Source: Ctenodactylus gundi
Lineage: Eukaryota
Assembly (NCBI GenBank): GCA_048771875.1
Contig: CM109711.1
Coordinates: 4,239,768 to 4,303,767 of the forward strand
Length of the DNA: 64,000 bases
Reading direction: 5' to 3'
Position 1 is the first letter of the stretch, and each line of letters starts with the position of its first letter. Under the pieces are notes generated by a model. That model was not told the DNA's origin. It did not search any database and worked only from the letters and a program-made list of their open reading frames with translations. The translations under genes were made by a program, and so were the position numbers. Of the stretch, positions 24,501 through 36,990 are shown piece by piece.

Positions 24501-27500
24501 CTTCCTATCCCAGACCTATCAGATGTTCTAGGCCAATGTGGGCTTTCCTCTTCTGCAGCTGCCTGCGGCTACCAGCTGTTTGCAGCCGACCTGTAGCAGC
24601 TTCCTGGCATGTGGGGGTTTTCGCTTCGATTTCGATGTTCCTTGAGGATTTCTGACCTTCGCCTGGCCTCCTTTCAGTTGTTGGAGTGCTTCTCTCTGTC
24701 CTGGCTAGATTGAACACACATTTTATGACTAAATTTTTGACTTTTTAAGTAGTTTGTTGAAGAGACATTGTGCCACTCTGTTACTTGGCTGCCTTCTTGA
24801 CCTGGAAGTCTGCCCCCTCCTTTTTAAGACTGAGCCCAGAGCCCTAACACTGAGCTCCATTCCCCAGCTTACTTGATATTTGTTTTGAGAGAGGGTCTCA
24901 CCAATTTGCTAAATTGCCCAACCTGGGGTTGAGCTTAAAATCCTCCTGCTTTGGCCTCACCAGAGAGCTAGGATTACAGGTGTGCGCCACCATCACCAGC
25001 TCCCCATATTCTCTTTGGGGGACCTCCTAAGATCTGTTACAGTGACAAAAAGACCAACGTAATTTTTTCCTCAGTTTCTGCTCGCCATTTAGCATCTGTG
25101 TGAGACAGTTTCCTCTGCTTATCTCACTGGACCACTAACTCTGCCTAATGGAATTTAGTACTGTCTGATTCTAAAATTGTATCTAAAAGCCAGTTGAGAT
25201 ATTTAAATGAAAGCTGGATGTGGTGGAGCAGTCCTGTCATTTCAGCACTTGAAAGGCTGAGGCAGGAGGATTGCTGTGAGTCCAAGACCAGTCTGGGCTC
25301 CATAGTGAGTTCAGGACCAGCCTGGAGTACAGAGCGAGGCCCTGTCTCAAAAAAAAAAAAAAAAGATTAAATGATATTTTTGGTAATCTTGTCTTTTGAC
25401 AGGGTGGAAAAAGAAATCTCCACCATGGGGTTTCCGTTTGCATGGACTCTGGGAAGAGCTTTGCCTACCCAACAGTGAGAGTTGCTGTCAGGGCCACTGA
25501 AGAGAAAAAAAAGAGAAGAATCCAGGAATGGAAGAGACTTCACACATCTCCTGCCGTGACTGCCCATTTTGACTCATACTGTTGCCCAAATCCATTCTCT
25601 ACTTTATCCAAAAGCAGAGAGTAAACTTTGTAAAATGTAAATGCAATCCTGGACCGTCCTCCTCATCTTTGACCCACTTAAAACCTTCTAGGACTTCCCT
25701 CAAGAATAACAACTAAAATCTTGACCTGGCCTTCCAGACCAGGCGCCATCTGCCCACTCCATTGCCCCTGCCCAAACCTCACCTCGCATTGACTTCCCTT
25801 ACGTACCACCAGCCACCCTGCCCACCTTGCTGTTTGAAAAGTCATCAAACATACTTTCTCCTCAGGGGATTTCGTGTTTGTTGTTCTCTGTGCCTGTACT
25901 CAGATGTCTGTATTTCTCTCCATTAATTCAGGTCTGTAAATCCAAGCACCCTGGGAGGCTGAGGCAAGAGGATCACAACTTTGAATCTGTGCTGGGCAAT
26001 TACAATTCAGTTAGAGTCTGTCTCAAAAAAAGAAAAGAAAAAGAAAGAAAGAAAGAGAGAAAGAAAGACAGACAGACTGACCATCAGGGATGCAGCATTC
26101 AGTATGAAGGCTCTGGGCTCAATCCCCAATGCCACAGGAAAAAAAAAATACTAGCTAAGTGGAGAAGTCTCCCAGTAAGGAGAGCAGCTTCCCACCTCCC
26201 CGCGGGCTCTCCTGCTTCACTGTTCACGGCACAACCCTCCAGCTTCGTGGTATGTGGCGTGTGATCTCACATGACAACTGTGCTGACTCTGCCCAGAGTC
26301 TGAGCTTCCTGAGGTGGGCAGCGGGCTTCCCACTCACTTCACGTCCTGGGCCTCTGGAATGGGGCTCAGTGTAGAGATTGACACGTGAGGAGTGAATCTC
26401 TACCCAGGGGCAGAGGAGGCAGCAAGAGGTCAGCTGCCAGTTGCCCTGCAGTAGCGGAAAACGTGGGAAGGGCTTTGGTTCTTCATCTGCCGTGGGACGG
26501 GGGATGGGGAGAGGTGTGAACTGCCTTCACCTTCCTTCTGGACGCTCAGTTACCTCATCTGAGGAGAGGTACTGCAATTTCTCCCACTGGAGGAACAACT
26601 CTTACACTTAAGAAATGACACTGAGGACTTCCTGTAGAGCAGGGTCCCCACCACCCCTTCCCCCCACTCTTGACAGAGATCTGCTTCCTCCGCTTCCTCT
26701 CTCTGTGTTCCTGTAATGTTCTGACAGGAGGCAGAGCTTCATCCCCTCCTGCTGCTGCTGCTCCCCCTTTCAAAGCTCTCCTCCAACCTGCTGTGTAAGG
26801 AGTGTCCCCCTAACCCTGACCTTGGCAAAATGGTTTTCAACTAACGCGGTCCTTGTGGCAAGGCTGGGGACCACTGCTGTAGTGCACACCGGAGCAGTTT
26901 CCAGGCAGTGGAGGAGACTGGACTCCACCTAGGCGGGTTGGGAGCAACAGAGTGAATCTGGGGTGCCTCTTGTTGATGGTCCCCATTGTGTCATGCCTGG
27001 ATACCTCAGGCTTCTCCATGCTGCCACGTGGACTTGCTGGCTTGATCACAGACTGGGATGTGGACGTGACAAGGAAGAGGAGGGACGGAGGATTCGAGAG
27101 AGAGGAAAGAGCTAGAAGGAGCACAGGGGAAAGATGCAGAGGGAGAAGGGGAAAGACGTGGGAAGAAGAGACCGAAACACCAGAGCAAGACATTAAGAGT
27201 TCAGGAAAAGCAACAATCAGAAGGTAAGCAACATGCAAAACAAAACCATGCTGTCTGTGGTGGTGCGCATCTGTAATCCCAGCACTGGGAAGGCAGAGAC
27301 AAGAGGACTGCTGTGAGGTCAAGGCCAGCCTGGGCTACACAGTGAGCTCAGGACCAGCCTGGAGTATACAGCAAGACCTAGTCTCAAAAGAAAAAATAAT
27401 TGGATTGGACTTAGGTAAGGGTTAAATTACCTGTTCAGTGCCTATCGAACTTGAGAAAAAATGGAACCAAGGAAGAAGAAACGAGGACATCATTGGCTGT

Positions 27501-29744
27501 GGACTGGCGTCACCTGGGGACCTTGCACCCAAGAGCTGCACCCTATTTCCAGTTCACCAGGGAAGGACTTCCTCCTTATCTGAGATGAATCCTCAGCACC
27601 AGATGGCGAGCCTGCAGGGGCACGGGTGGAGCACTGCCTGCCCCGCACTGTACTGCCCTCATTAAGGCCTGATAACTGCTCATTCCAGCCGCTCCCTGGG
27701 TTCCATCCTTCTCTCCCCAGGGAGGGCCCTGCTAAGAAGGAACAGAGAGCCTTCCCCTGAGGGGGCCAACACTAGGACTCTGGGCCAGTTTTAAGGTTGA
27801 AAGGAATTAGTCCTGGTAGAGGAGCCTTAAAGAGCAGAGTCTGTGACTTCCCTCTGGGTTTTAGCCTGAAGGCACGAACAAGTGTCCCGAGTGGATTACA
27901 ACCATGAAGCCCAAAGTCGCAAGTGAGAGGAATCATGTGTATTTACCATTGTCTCTTTAAAGGCCTCTTTGCAGCTAGAACAGAAGCTGCTGTTCTAACC
28001 ATTTGAAAGAATAATCTTCCTTTCCTTAAAACTTCAGCTGGAGAGTATCTCAGTGGTTACAGCACTTGACTTGCCTAGGAAGTATAAAGTTGTGGGTCCA
28101 GTTCCCCAATGCCACATAATAGCTGGGTACCTGTGACCCCAGCACTTGAGAGGGTGAGGCACGCGGACTGCCTTGAGATCAAGACCAGCTTGGACTACAG
28201 AGAGCCCCGTGGCCCAGGTGTGTAAACCAGTCCCTGAGAGGCTGAGGCAAGAGAATCACAAGATTGAGCCTCACCTGGACAACTTAGTGATGCAGTGAGA
28301 TCCTGTGTCTAAGTCAAAAAAGAAAGTGGGTCAGAGATAAGGCTGTGTGTCAGGACCGGGGGTTGGACCAACAGTCTCAACTTCCCTCACATATTCCTTT
28401 TGAAGCCCCTTGCCCACCAGCCCTAATTAACTGTTCTGTGTTCCTCAATCGGTTCACTGGAGGGATTGTTCCTGGCAGTGCCCAGGGCATTGCAGTCTGG
28501 CCAGCGGAGGCATAATGTCAGGCTTTGCACAACGCCTGACCATCCCTTGCTGAGAGATGAACAGCAGGACACGGTGACTGGTGGAGTGATTCCAGGATGG
28601 CCTAACCCAGAACTCTCCTCGCGCTGAGGTCACGTGTGAGACTCTCTGCGCTCTCCCTGTGGCACGGTTCCTTCTAGGCCTGGCCCACCGCTCCCGTGCC
28701 GTGTACCAATAAACCACCAACTCTTTCCTTGGCTGGTGATACATTCTTTCACCAGCCCACCATTCCTCTACAGGCCATGCCAGTCATAGCAGTTCTCAAA
28801 TTTCAGGTTGATCCCCAGAAGTGGACCTGTGTCCCTCACTTTCTAGCTTCCCACTTCGCTAATGGACTGTGTCTGGGAAGGGATATCTGAGGTTCACGTC
28901 CCCCTGCAGCCCCAAGTCGCCCTTCTCCGAGAGGAAAGGTTTGAAGGACTTGGCAGACAGAACAGATAGACGTTGCTATGACCATGCACCTCTGTAATCC
29001 CAGCACTTGTGAGGCTGAGACAGGAAGACTTTCATGAGTTAGAGGCCATGCTCAGCTATGCAGTTAGCTCAAGTCTAGTGGGGCCTCCTGAGCAAGATCC
29101 TATCTCAAGTTAAAAAAAAAAACAAGAAGAAAAAGAATAAAAATGCATGGTTGGAAGCAAGCACAGTGAGATACTGATTGGGGTAGACACTAGGAATTTT
29201 CACCGCACAATCAAACTTGACTAAATGTTTGGAATTTTCAGAATAAAGGCAAGGGAAAGAAAAAAAGCAAGGAAATAGTAGGCAATCTCAGTACAGGGTC
29301 TTGGGAGTGTGTGCCCTTGACAGAATCTGCATTTCAGAAGATGGGAGAGGGCCATATTTATCTAGGTATATGGCACATTTCAGGTGAGAGCCCCTACAGG
29401 GGTTTCAACTGAGGGGTTGCCCGCTGCAGCCCTCTTAGGCTGTACCCTAGATCTGTTTGTTTTTTTTGTTTTTTTTGTTTTTTTTTTTTTTGTATGCTAG
29501 ATCTGAGTAGCTACGTTTGTCCCTCAAAAGTTCTGGCCCTTTTGTTGCCGGTAACTTAAGTTTATCCTGCCCCTCATGTGATTTGGCAGTTGGCCACAGT
29601 GGGCCCCACCTTGCCAGCTGTGACCCTTGTCAGAGGGGCAGGATAAGATGTTCCAGACCCTGCCCCACACCTGACCCTAAGAGGCTGATCGTGTTTGCTC
29701 AGAAGGTGAGGTTCATGCGATAAGGGCCAGGGGGGAGGTCTTCG

Positions 29745-29801
29745 ACCTGGTATAAATATCTGGAAGTACCTGGGGGCTTATTTTGCATCTGAAAGTGCCA
29801 G
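29745..29801 (+). promoter_or_regulatory. Putative ZG16 copy B core promoter with TATA box and a short non-coding first exon
   Basis: TATAAATA at 29751-29758 and donor g|gtaagg at 29802. This is the paralogous counterpart of 3195-3252. Confidence 0.4.
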
Positions 29802-30702
29802 GTAAGGTGTGACAAGGATGTCCTGATCAGAGTTAGGGGCTACCAGGTGTGAGGTGGAGAAGAAGATTCCTAGATTGAGTGGCAGGAGAGCTTCAGGGAC
29901 AGGGAGGCGGGGCCCCTGGAGCTGAGCATTTAGATGCCAAGATGTCTGGTTTCATGGGGGCATGAGGGGCTCTCCAGAATTAAATGGCTAGGTATGGGTG
30001 AAATGGTTATGACCAAAAAAACAAAAAACAACAGGCATCTGGAATCCAGTGTCGGATTGTCCCAACTCCTTCTGCAACTTTTCAGGCTAGCCAAGCTCAC
30101 GTGGTGCTAGGGAATAGAACTCACGGCTGAGTGCTTGCAAGCACTCTAACCATCATGCCATTCATCCTCTATCTCAGGCCTGAACTGTTGTGACACTGAC
30201 ATCAGCACAGCCTCTTCTGTCACTACCTTCCTTCCTAAGGCGACCCAGAGGCACCGCTACAATGCTCCCTTTCTGGTTTGAGACCAGGCGGAAGCTGGGA
30301 ATTTAATGGTGCCCTGGGTGCCCACTAGTGAGGCTAGTCTACTGGCTGCCTTTGTTAGGTGTTCCTCAGGTCCCCTTGCCAGGGTAGGATGGGGTTTGAC
30401 TCAGCCTCACCCGGATCCAGTTGGGATCGGCCATCTGGTTTGGGGGGGGGGGGGGAAGAGGAGGGTTGTTAACTGCAGCCATACCAGGGACAGCCATAGG
30501 GAGCGGGGCCATCAAAGACGGTGTCCCGAAGGGACAGATCCCAGATGGAGTCTTCTCTGAGCTCAGGACTGGGTGGGCTCGGTGTGAGGTGAAGAACAGA
30601 AAGAGCCCGAGTCTAGACTGGGGGACCGGATGGCCGATACATGACCTCCAGAGGGAGGAGGACGAGCTGTCGTTTCTCCTTTGTTCCCACTGCAGCCCCA
30701 GC

Positions 30703-30757
30703 ATGCTGACCATCGCCCTCCTCGGCCTTCTCTGCGCCTCGGCCTCTGCCAGTGCCA
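30703..30757 (+). CDS. ZG16 paralog (copy B) coding exon 1, signal peptide identical to copy A
   Basis: ATG at 30703. Translation MLTIALLGLLCASASASA. Donor gtaagt at 30758. Confidence 0.85.
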
Positions 30758-30909
30758 GTAAGTGAGAAGTCCTGAGCCCGGCGGGGGTCGTGGGAGGGCA
30801 GTCCCTGTGCTGCTGTGGCCCAAGCTGTCAGACATTCGGATGGAGGGAACTGAGGTGCGGATGGTGGGGGTTTTGGTGGGGTCCTCACAGGGTTTCTCCT
30901 TCCCTCCAG

Positions 30910-31042
30910 TTCAGGCCAGGTCCTCTTCCTTCAACGGAGAGTATGGAGGTGGTGGAGGATCGAGATTCTCCCATTCTGGGAACCAGCTGGAAGGCCCCAT
31001 CACTGCCATCCGTGTCCGAGTCAACAGTTACTACATCGTAGG
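30910..31042 (+). CDS. ZG16 paralog (copy B) coding exon 2 (..IQARSSSFNGEYGGGGGSRFSHSGNQLEGPITAIRVRVNSYYIVG)
   Basis: Acceptor ag at 30908-30909 and donor gt at 31043. Reading frame is intact. There are a few amino-acid differences from copy A (EARTSSY versus QARSSSF). Confidence 0.85.
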
Positions 31043-32755
31043 GTAAGAGTCCTTTGAGTTTCTGTGGTGTGGGGACTCAGGTTGTGGAAAGTATTCATTC
31101 CATTCGACCACATCGGTTTCAATCAACAAGTCACAGGTGTAATGTGACATGGAGAGAAGTTGTTAAAAGGCCAGTATTCAAATTTGTGCTGTTACTGTTG
31201 TGGAAGATCCCCAGGAAAACAACCCCTCTGACTGAGCCTGAAAACTGTTAACCCAAGAGAAATCAGGCTGAGAAAGCAGCCCTGTCCTCCTCCTTAACTA
31301 AGTTTGTTATGCTGAAGATTGCTTTGTGTAAACAGGAACTGTTTCAGCCCACTTTGTAAGCAGGCATTATTTGGTTCCTATGTTTCTGCTTGATGCCTGG
31401 GAATCCCCTTCTTCCCAGGCTAAAGTATATAAAAGTAGCCTGACACTGAGATTGGGGCCCAACCATTTTTGGAATGATCTTGGTGAGGGGACTCGTCTTA
31501 GCTAAATAAATGTTCCTCTAACCCCTGACGTTTAGGCGCTGAATCTTGTCATTGCTGGGTTTATCAGATTTCTGTAACATTCCTGGAGGATGGTGCAGGT
31601 TTTTTTTTTTTTTTTTTTTTTTAGGTTGGGAGGGAGACAGCGGATTGGGAAGAGTGATGCTGGGGGAAGGGGACAATGACAGTTTTCCAATTCTGACTAA
31701 AACCTTCTGGATATAGCAGGGAAGTTTTTGAGGCCCAAGAGGAAGCTGGTCCAGGTTAACTGTCCTTTTTGTCACTGTGTCTTTTTACTCAAATGCAATC
31801 AAATGCTGGCTGACCTCTGCCAGACTCAATCAGGAGAAAGCACCTTTCAGATCTAGGCAGGTGAGCACGCAGGAGGGTGCACAGGTTAAGAACAACTGGA
31901 TGCATGGCTTCCACTGTCTTTGACCATACGCAGGTCTTGCGCAGGTCCACAGTCATTAGTACGAGGTCCCTTGACTAGGTGCAGTTGGTGCACTAGCTGT
32001 GTTTCAGGCTAGTCCATCCCCTCATTTTCTCTGGCCTCTGAGGACACACGGTGCTGTCTGTGGCCCACTGGGTTGGTTGTCCCCTTTTGCCAGTCTTACC
32101 CTTCTATCGTGGTCTCAGATTTTAGGGAATCTCTGGAGCACTTGCACTAGGAACAGCTGAGGCACCAGCCATGTGTCCGCCGCAAGGAGGTGTCCATCCT
32201 ATTTCCTGTGGATGGAGCTTCTTTAAAGTCAATACAAGCAGGGCATTTGGGCCAGGGCCCCAAGTGTCTCGTCACTGTGGTGCCCAATTTAGAGCGAGCC
32301 TGGTGCCTCTGGAATTCAGAGGAACCAGTGCCAGACCTGCTATCTTTCTTAGCAGGTGTCGTGACCCCAAAGTGAGGTGGAGGCTGTCAGTAGTCGTGGG
32401 GACTGGTCCCACTAGCAGGGGCTGCGAAGGACTGGTTGAGGCTGGGCTCTTGCAGTTACTCAAGGGCCCAAAAAGAAACTCCAGGAAATAACTCTCCCAT
32501 GGCAACCCTGGAACCAGTCTGGGCTCTCTTCCTAGCATTTTGCCAGTTCCCAGGTGATGAGCTGCGTATTTGTATCCCGAGGCAAGGGCGGTTACAGTCC
32601 TATAGTTGGCTCCTGGCTGGGCAGCACCAGGTGGGACAGGAGCAAGAGACAGGGAACAGCCCACAGTGGGCACAGAGCAGGTGCCTGCTGGGCTGTGTGA
32701 GCTAGGGCAGGAATGTGAGGTGGGGAGACAGAGCCATATGCTGGCTCTTTGTTTA

Positions 32756-32888
32756 CCTTTTTATTTATTTATTGTGTTGTATATTTGGTTTTTTTTGGTG
32801 GTGCTGGCGAATCAAACTCAGGTATTTAGCACTTGATTTAGCTCTTTCTAGGCACACATTTTAACTGCTGAACCATTTCTCCAGCCCC
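32756..32888 (-). mobile_element. Copy-B-specific SINE insertion with target-site duplication
   Basis: The TSD ctggctctttgttta occurs at 32741-32755 and again at 32889-32903. The orthologous site in copy A (about 6440-6470) is unoccupied. Confidence 0.7.
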
Positions 32889-33048
32889 TGGCTCTTTGTT
32901 TAGAACCAGTGGGTCCTATCACTCTAATCTCCAGTTCCAACAAAAACTCTATATAAAGTGATCATTTAGGGGGGCAGAAGGAATCTGGAAAATTTTCACA
33001 GAAGACACTAAAGAATCTGGTTTGGGTCTGGATTGGTGAATAATTGGC

Positions 33049-33630
33049 TCAAAGCTGGGCACCTTCCCCACCTCTCAGGTGCAGGCTTTGTGGTTTGAGA
33101 TGACAGGGAAGGGTATGGACGTGCTCTAAGTTGAACCTCTGGCTCTGGATCTGGGGAGGTGGCTGAGCAGGGCCTTGCTCATCTGGTGGGGCATGAGGAA
33201 TTGCTGCCACTGGCTGCATCAACCTTGGGATGGCCAGCAGGGCACACAACAGGGGCTCATCTTCTGGCTCCTGGGCCAGGAAGGTGGGAGGTGGCTTTTG
33301 AGGCTTTTGGTGTGTTGTGAGCACTGCCATGGACCCTAAGGATGCAGGAAACCGCAGCTGGTCAGGTCGGCAAGCAGCCAAAGCATACCAAGAGCCAATG
33401 TAAGGAAAGTGAACTGGGTCTCCCTTGCAGCTCTCCCTTATACGAGCAACCATGGCCAAGTCCAACATTCCTTCAGGTGGCCATTCTGCTTCCAGTGTGG
33501 GCCACTCTCCTTCACAAAGGACCTGGTGGCTCTCTGGCTTCATCCGCACACCATAGTTTGCAGAGTAACCAGCTTTGAAGTGGCTCAGCACAGCCTGTAG
33601 TATGTCAGCTTCCCTCTCTCCTAGAGCCAA
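33049..33630 (-). mobile_element. Paralogous copy of the ERV gag-like fragment in ZG16-B intron 2
   Basis: 193-aa minus-strand ORF. It differs from the copy A ORF by 2 amino acids over about 150 residues. Nucleotide identity is about 99.5%. Confidence 0.6.
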
Positions 33631-34511
33631 AGGAACCCATTTTATGTATGCCTACCATGTGGCCAGTGTCACAAGAAGAGGACAGGTGACCCCTGATGGA
33701 GACCACCCGGGCACCTGTCTGGCTGTGCCCCGCAGGAGCTTAGGTGTGGCTTCTGCATAGGGGGTTTCCTGGAGATGTTCAGCTCGACAGTGACTTATGA
33801 CCAGACACTAGTCCATTCCCAGCCTAGGCCATGTGCCAATCACCATGGAGTTGCAGAACCAGGCCCAATAAGTGCTCATAGCCTGAAGGGGACCTTAGGG
33901 ATGTGAACTTGTGAGACCACAACATCAACCAGACTCACTTAGCAGAACAGCTGCTCATTCACTCACCATTCCCACAAGAGGTTATCACAAAAATCTCTAT
34001 TTAAATTCCTCTAAATTAATGCTGCTGTTTAACCCAATCTGGTAACCTATAACCTATAACCTGTTAGCTAGACCTGCAATTTCCTGATGACTGGAATCCT
34101 TCAGTCCCTCGTGTCCCAAGTTTCCGGTCATCGTCTGCCATGGAAGGAGGGGAGTGGATACTTACAATCTCTTTCGAGGGCACTCTAATTGTTTTCTGTG
34201 GGGATCAATCTGCAAGGGCTCCTCACTACCCACCCCAGGGACAACCTACCTAGTGTGGACATCCACTGTAAGTCTCTGTCTCACTCTGCCAGCCTGGGGT
34301 GTCTGTCATTAGCTCTGCAGCCATTTTCATTTGTCGAGCAGGGAACCCTAGAATTCCATGAGGGATGCGCACTTCGTGTTTCCAGGGACTATCGCAGTTT
34401 ACAGCACCAGGGAATAGTGACCCTGACCCAAAAGGGTTCTGTTCAGCCTTATCACTGGTATCTTGCTCAGGCCACCACGTACATTACAGACATTTGATAA
34501 CCCCAAGGATG

Positions 34512-34790
34512 TCAAGACTTAGAGGGACTGGAGGAACAACTCGGGTTAAAGTGCTTGCCTAGCAAGTGCTACGTCAAGTGCTAAGTGCCTGAGTTCAATT
34601 CCTCAGCACCACATAAGCTGTACGTGGTGGTGCAAGCCTGTAATCCCAGTGTTCAGGAGGCTGAGGCAGGATGAGGATAGCCGTGATTCTAGGGCCAGCC
34701 TGGGCAGCTCTATAGTGAGTTCAAGACCAGCTTGAGCTATAGAAGGAGACCCTGCCTCAAAAAAGAAAAAGAAAAAAAGTTAAGAAAATG
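34512..34790 (+). mobile_element. Copy-B-specific ID/B1 SINE insertion with TSD (aagacttagag)
   Basis: SINE head ggactggaggaacaactcgggttaaagtgcttgcc; direct repeats aagacttagag occur on both sides of the SINE (about 34512-34522 and again at the end of the insertion, before 34790). No SINE in copy A near 8090. Confidence 0.6.
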
Positions 34791-35376
34791 AAAAAAGACT
34801 TAGAGCCAACAGTTCAGAGGTGAAAGATCTATTACTCTAGTGTGTGCCTTTCCCTAGATCATTCCAAAAATTGAGAGACCCTGAGCTCCAATAGCAGACT
34901 ACTTTTATCCATTTTATGGGGAAGGGGGGAGGGGAGAGGCCTTGCCAGACAGCATGCAAGGAACACAGAAACACAGAGAAATATCTGCATAGCAAGTTTG
35001 CAGAAAGTTTCTGTTTTACACAATGCAAGCCAGAGAGAGCACACTTTGTCCTTACCCCTATTGCACACTATCTCCCTGCCGGCCTAGGGAGCAGGATCTG
35101 TTCTTGTCCTTGAGCTACACTGCCATCAACACAGCTTCACAGTTTAACCGTTATAGACTCAGTTAGAGTTGAGGGGGGACGACTTGCTTTTCCTAGGTTG
35201 TATCAGACTCAATTAGAGGGACTCTTCCCCTGGGAATCTGCCACAACATACAATTCCTGTGCCCCTCAACATGTGTCACTTGTCAAGTGATATAGCCATG
35301 AACTTTCAGGTACCGGAAAGTTGTGTGTGTCAGCCTCCATCTAAACCTCCTTTGTAATATTCCTGTCATGTCTGGT

Positions 35377-35379
<3 letters not shown>

Positions 35380-35437
<58 letters not shown>
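35380..35437. repeat. (CT)n microsatellite
   Basis: About 29 CT units. The counterpart in copy A (about 8655-8675) has only about 6 units. Confidence 0.9.
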
Positions 35438-35441
<4 letters not shown>

Positions 35442-36309
35442 CCTTTTGAGCCCAGGCATTGCTTTATAGTCCAGGCTGGTCTTGAACTCACTATGTATCC
35501 CAGGCTAGCTTCAAACTCACAGTAGTTCTCTGCCTTAGCCTCCTACATGCTGGTATTACTGGCATACACCTCCATGCCCAGTTTACATCGTGCTTGGGAA
35601 TTGAACCAGGGTCTTACGCATATGCTTTAACCACTGTGCTATTTCTCCAGGTCTTGCTGTCTCTCTCTTCATATCTTTGTTCATTTTATATAGTTGAAAA
35701 TTTTTATAGTATGAAGAGGCAAAGTGTGTTCACTATGATCTGCACTGTGTATCCTGAGACAGGATACTGACAAGTCTCTTCCCTTTCTCACATGAGAGAC
35801 TTTCAGATGTTTGAAAATCCTTTAGCATCAGACCTGGTAGCACAGGCCTGTAATCCCAGCCCTCTGAGAGGGTTCCAAGTTTAAGACCACTCTGGGCATC
35901 TTAGCAACTTATCAAGACCCTATTTCAAAATTAAAACTAACAATGTACCAGGGGTGTAGCTCAGTATGAGGGTCTTGGACTCAATAACCAAGAACACTAA
36001 ATAAATAGATAAATAAATAAATAAACCCTTCTTCTGCTTTAAAGTAAGGAATCAGTACACAACAAGATCTTGGACTCCAAATTCAAGCTCTGACCTTGAT
36101 TTCCAGGGGACTCTGAGCAATTCCTTCTCCTTTCCTGTTTGTGGGCAATATGAGGAGTTGATGTTCCCTGGGATCGTCTAGGGCTCACCCAGCTTTCGTA
36201 TTCTGTGGGACCAGCAGGGGACCTGTCATCTCTGTCCCCATTTTGAGGCCTGGAGGTTCTGGATTCTAACCCTATTGTGTTTCCCTCTTCCCTCTTCAAC
36301 CACCCCCAG

Positions 36310-36613
36310 GCTCCAGGTGCGCTATGGAAAGGAGTGGAGTGACTATGTGGGTGGCAAACAGGGTGACCTGGAGGAGATCTACCTGCACCCTGGGGAGTCA
36401 GTGATCCAGGTGTCCGGCAAGTACAAGAGCTACGTGAGGAAGCTGGTCTTTGTGACAGACAAGGGCCGCTACCTGGCGTTTGGGAAAGACACCGGCACCA
36501 GCTTCAATGCTGCTCCATTGCATCCCGACACTGTCCTCCGATTCATCAGTGGCCGATCTAGTTCCGCCATCAATGCCATTGGCTTTCACTGGGATAACTA
36601 TCCCACCTGCTAA
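36310..36613 (+). CDS. ZG16 paralog (copy B) coding exon 3, lectin domain ending ..HWDNYPTC*, stop TAA 36611-36613
   Basis: Acceptor ag at 36308-36309. The ORF is intact, giving a 163-aa protein. It differs from copy A at VKQL/VRKL and LPFG/LAFG, and has a shorter C-terminus. Confidence 0.85.
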
Positions 36614-36690
36614 GCCTGGCCTCCTCTATGGCAGAGGAATTGTGATTGACGTAAAAGCTCCATCGACATCTCCTTCCACCAAAATAGGTT

Positions 36691-36696
36691 AATAAA
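36691..36696 (+). terminator. ZG16 copy B polyadenylation signal AATAAA
   Basis: AATAAA lies about 80 nt downstream of the stop codon. Confidence 0.45.
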
Positions 36697-36865
36697 ATAG
36701 CATGGCTAAAGTTGGTGTGTAGATGGTGTTTTCAGCTGGGATTTGCCTTATTCTGGTAGAAACATGCAAATCTCATTTCTGGCTCTCTGTTGGCATAAAT
36801 CTGGGTGGGAAGATAAAGAGAAGTGTGAGACTACTGGGCCTCTCTATAATTTATCAAAAGTATGG

Positions 36866-36990
36866 CTGGGCATGGTGGTTCATGCCTGTAATCTCAACAC
36901 TCTGGGAGGCAGAGGCAGGACGATCATAAGTTTGGGCTCAGCCTCACAAATTCAGCAATTTGGCAAGACCCTGTGTGATGATGAAAAGTC
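36866..36990 (+). mobile_element. B1 SINE at the distal end of block I, copy B
   Basis: ggctgggcatggtggttcatgcctgtaatctcaacactctgggaggcagaggcagg.. Absent from copy A at 10095. Confidence 0.6.

Larger units (their letters stand above)
26473..36866 (+). repeat. Segmental duplication block I, copy B (ZG16 paralog locus)
   Basis: See the copy A entry. Homology ends where a copy-B-specific B1 insertion begins, at about 36866. Confidence 0.85.

Noticed and set aside
26837-27322. 161-aa minus-strand ORF upstream of ZG16-B (and its shorter counterpart at 302..658)
   Set aside because: It spans SINE-derived and simple sequence, with no splice or promoter context. Part of it translates a B1 element.
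30437-30450. Poly-G(13) homopolymer in the ZG16-B first intron, compared with gggagggaag in copy A
   Set aside because: It is a homopolymer length change within the duplicated block, possibly a sequencing or slippage artefact. It may be a minor G4-forming tract, but I do not think it is a feature on its own.
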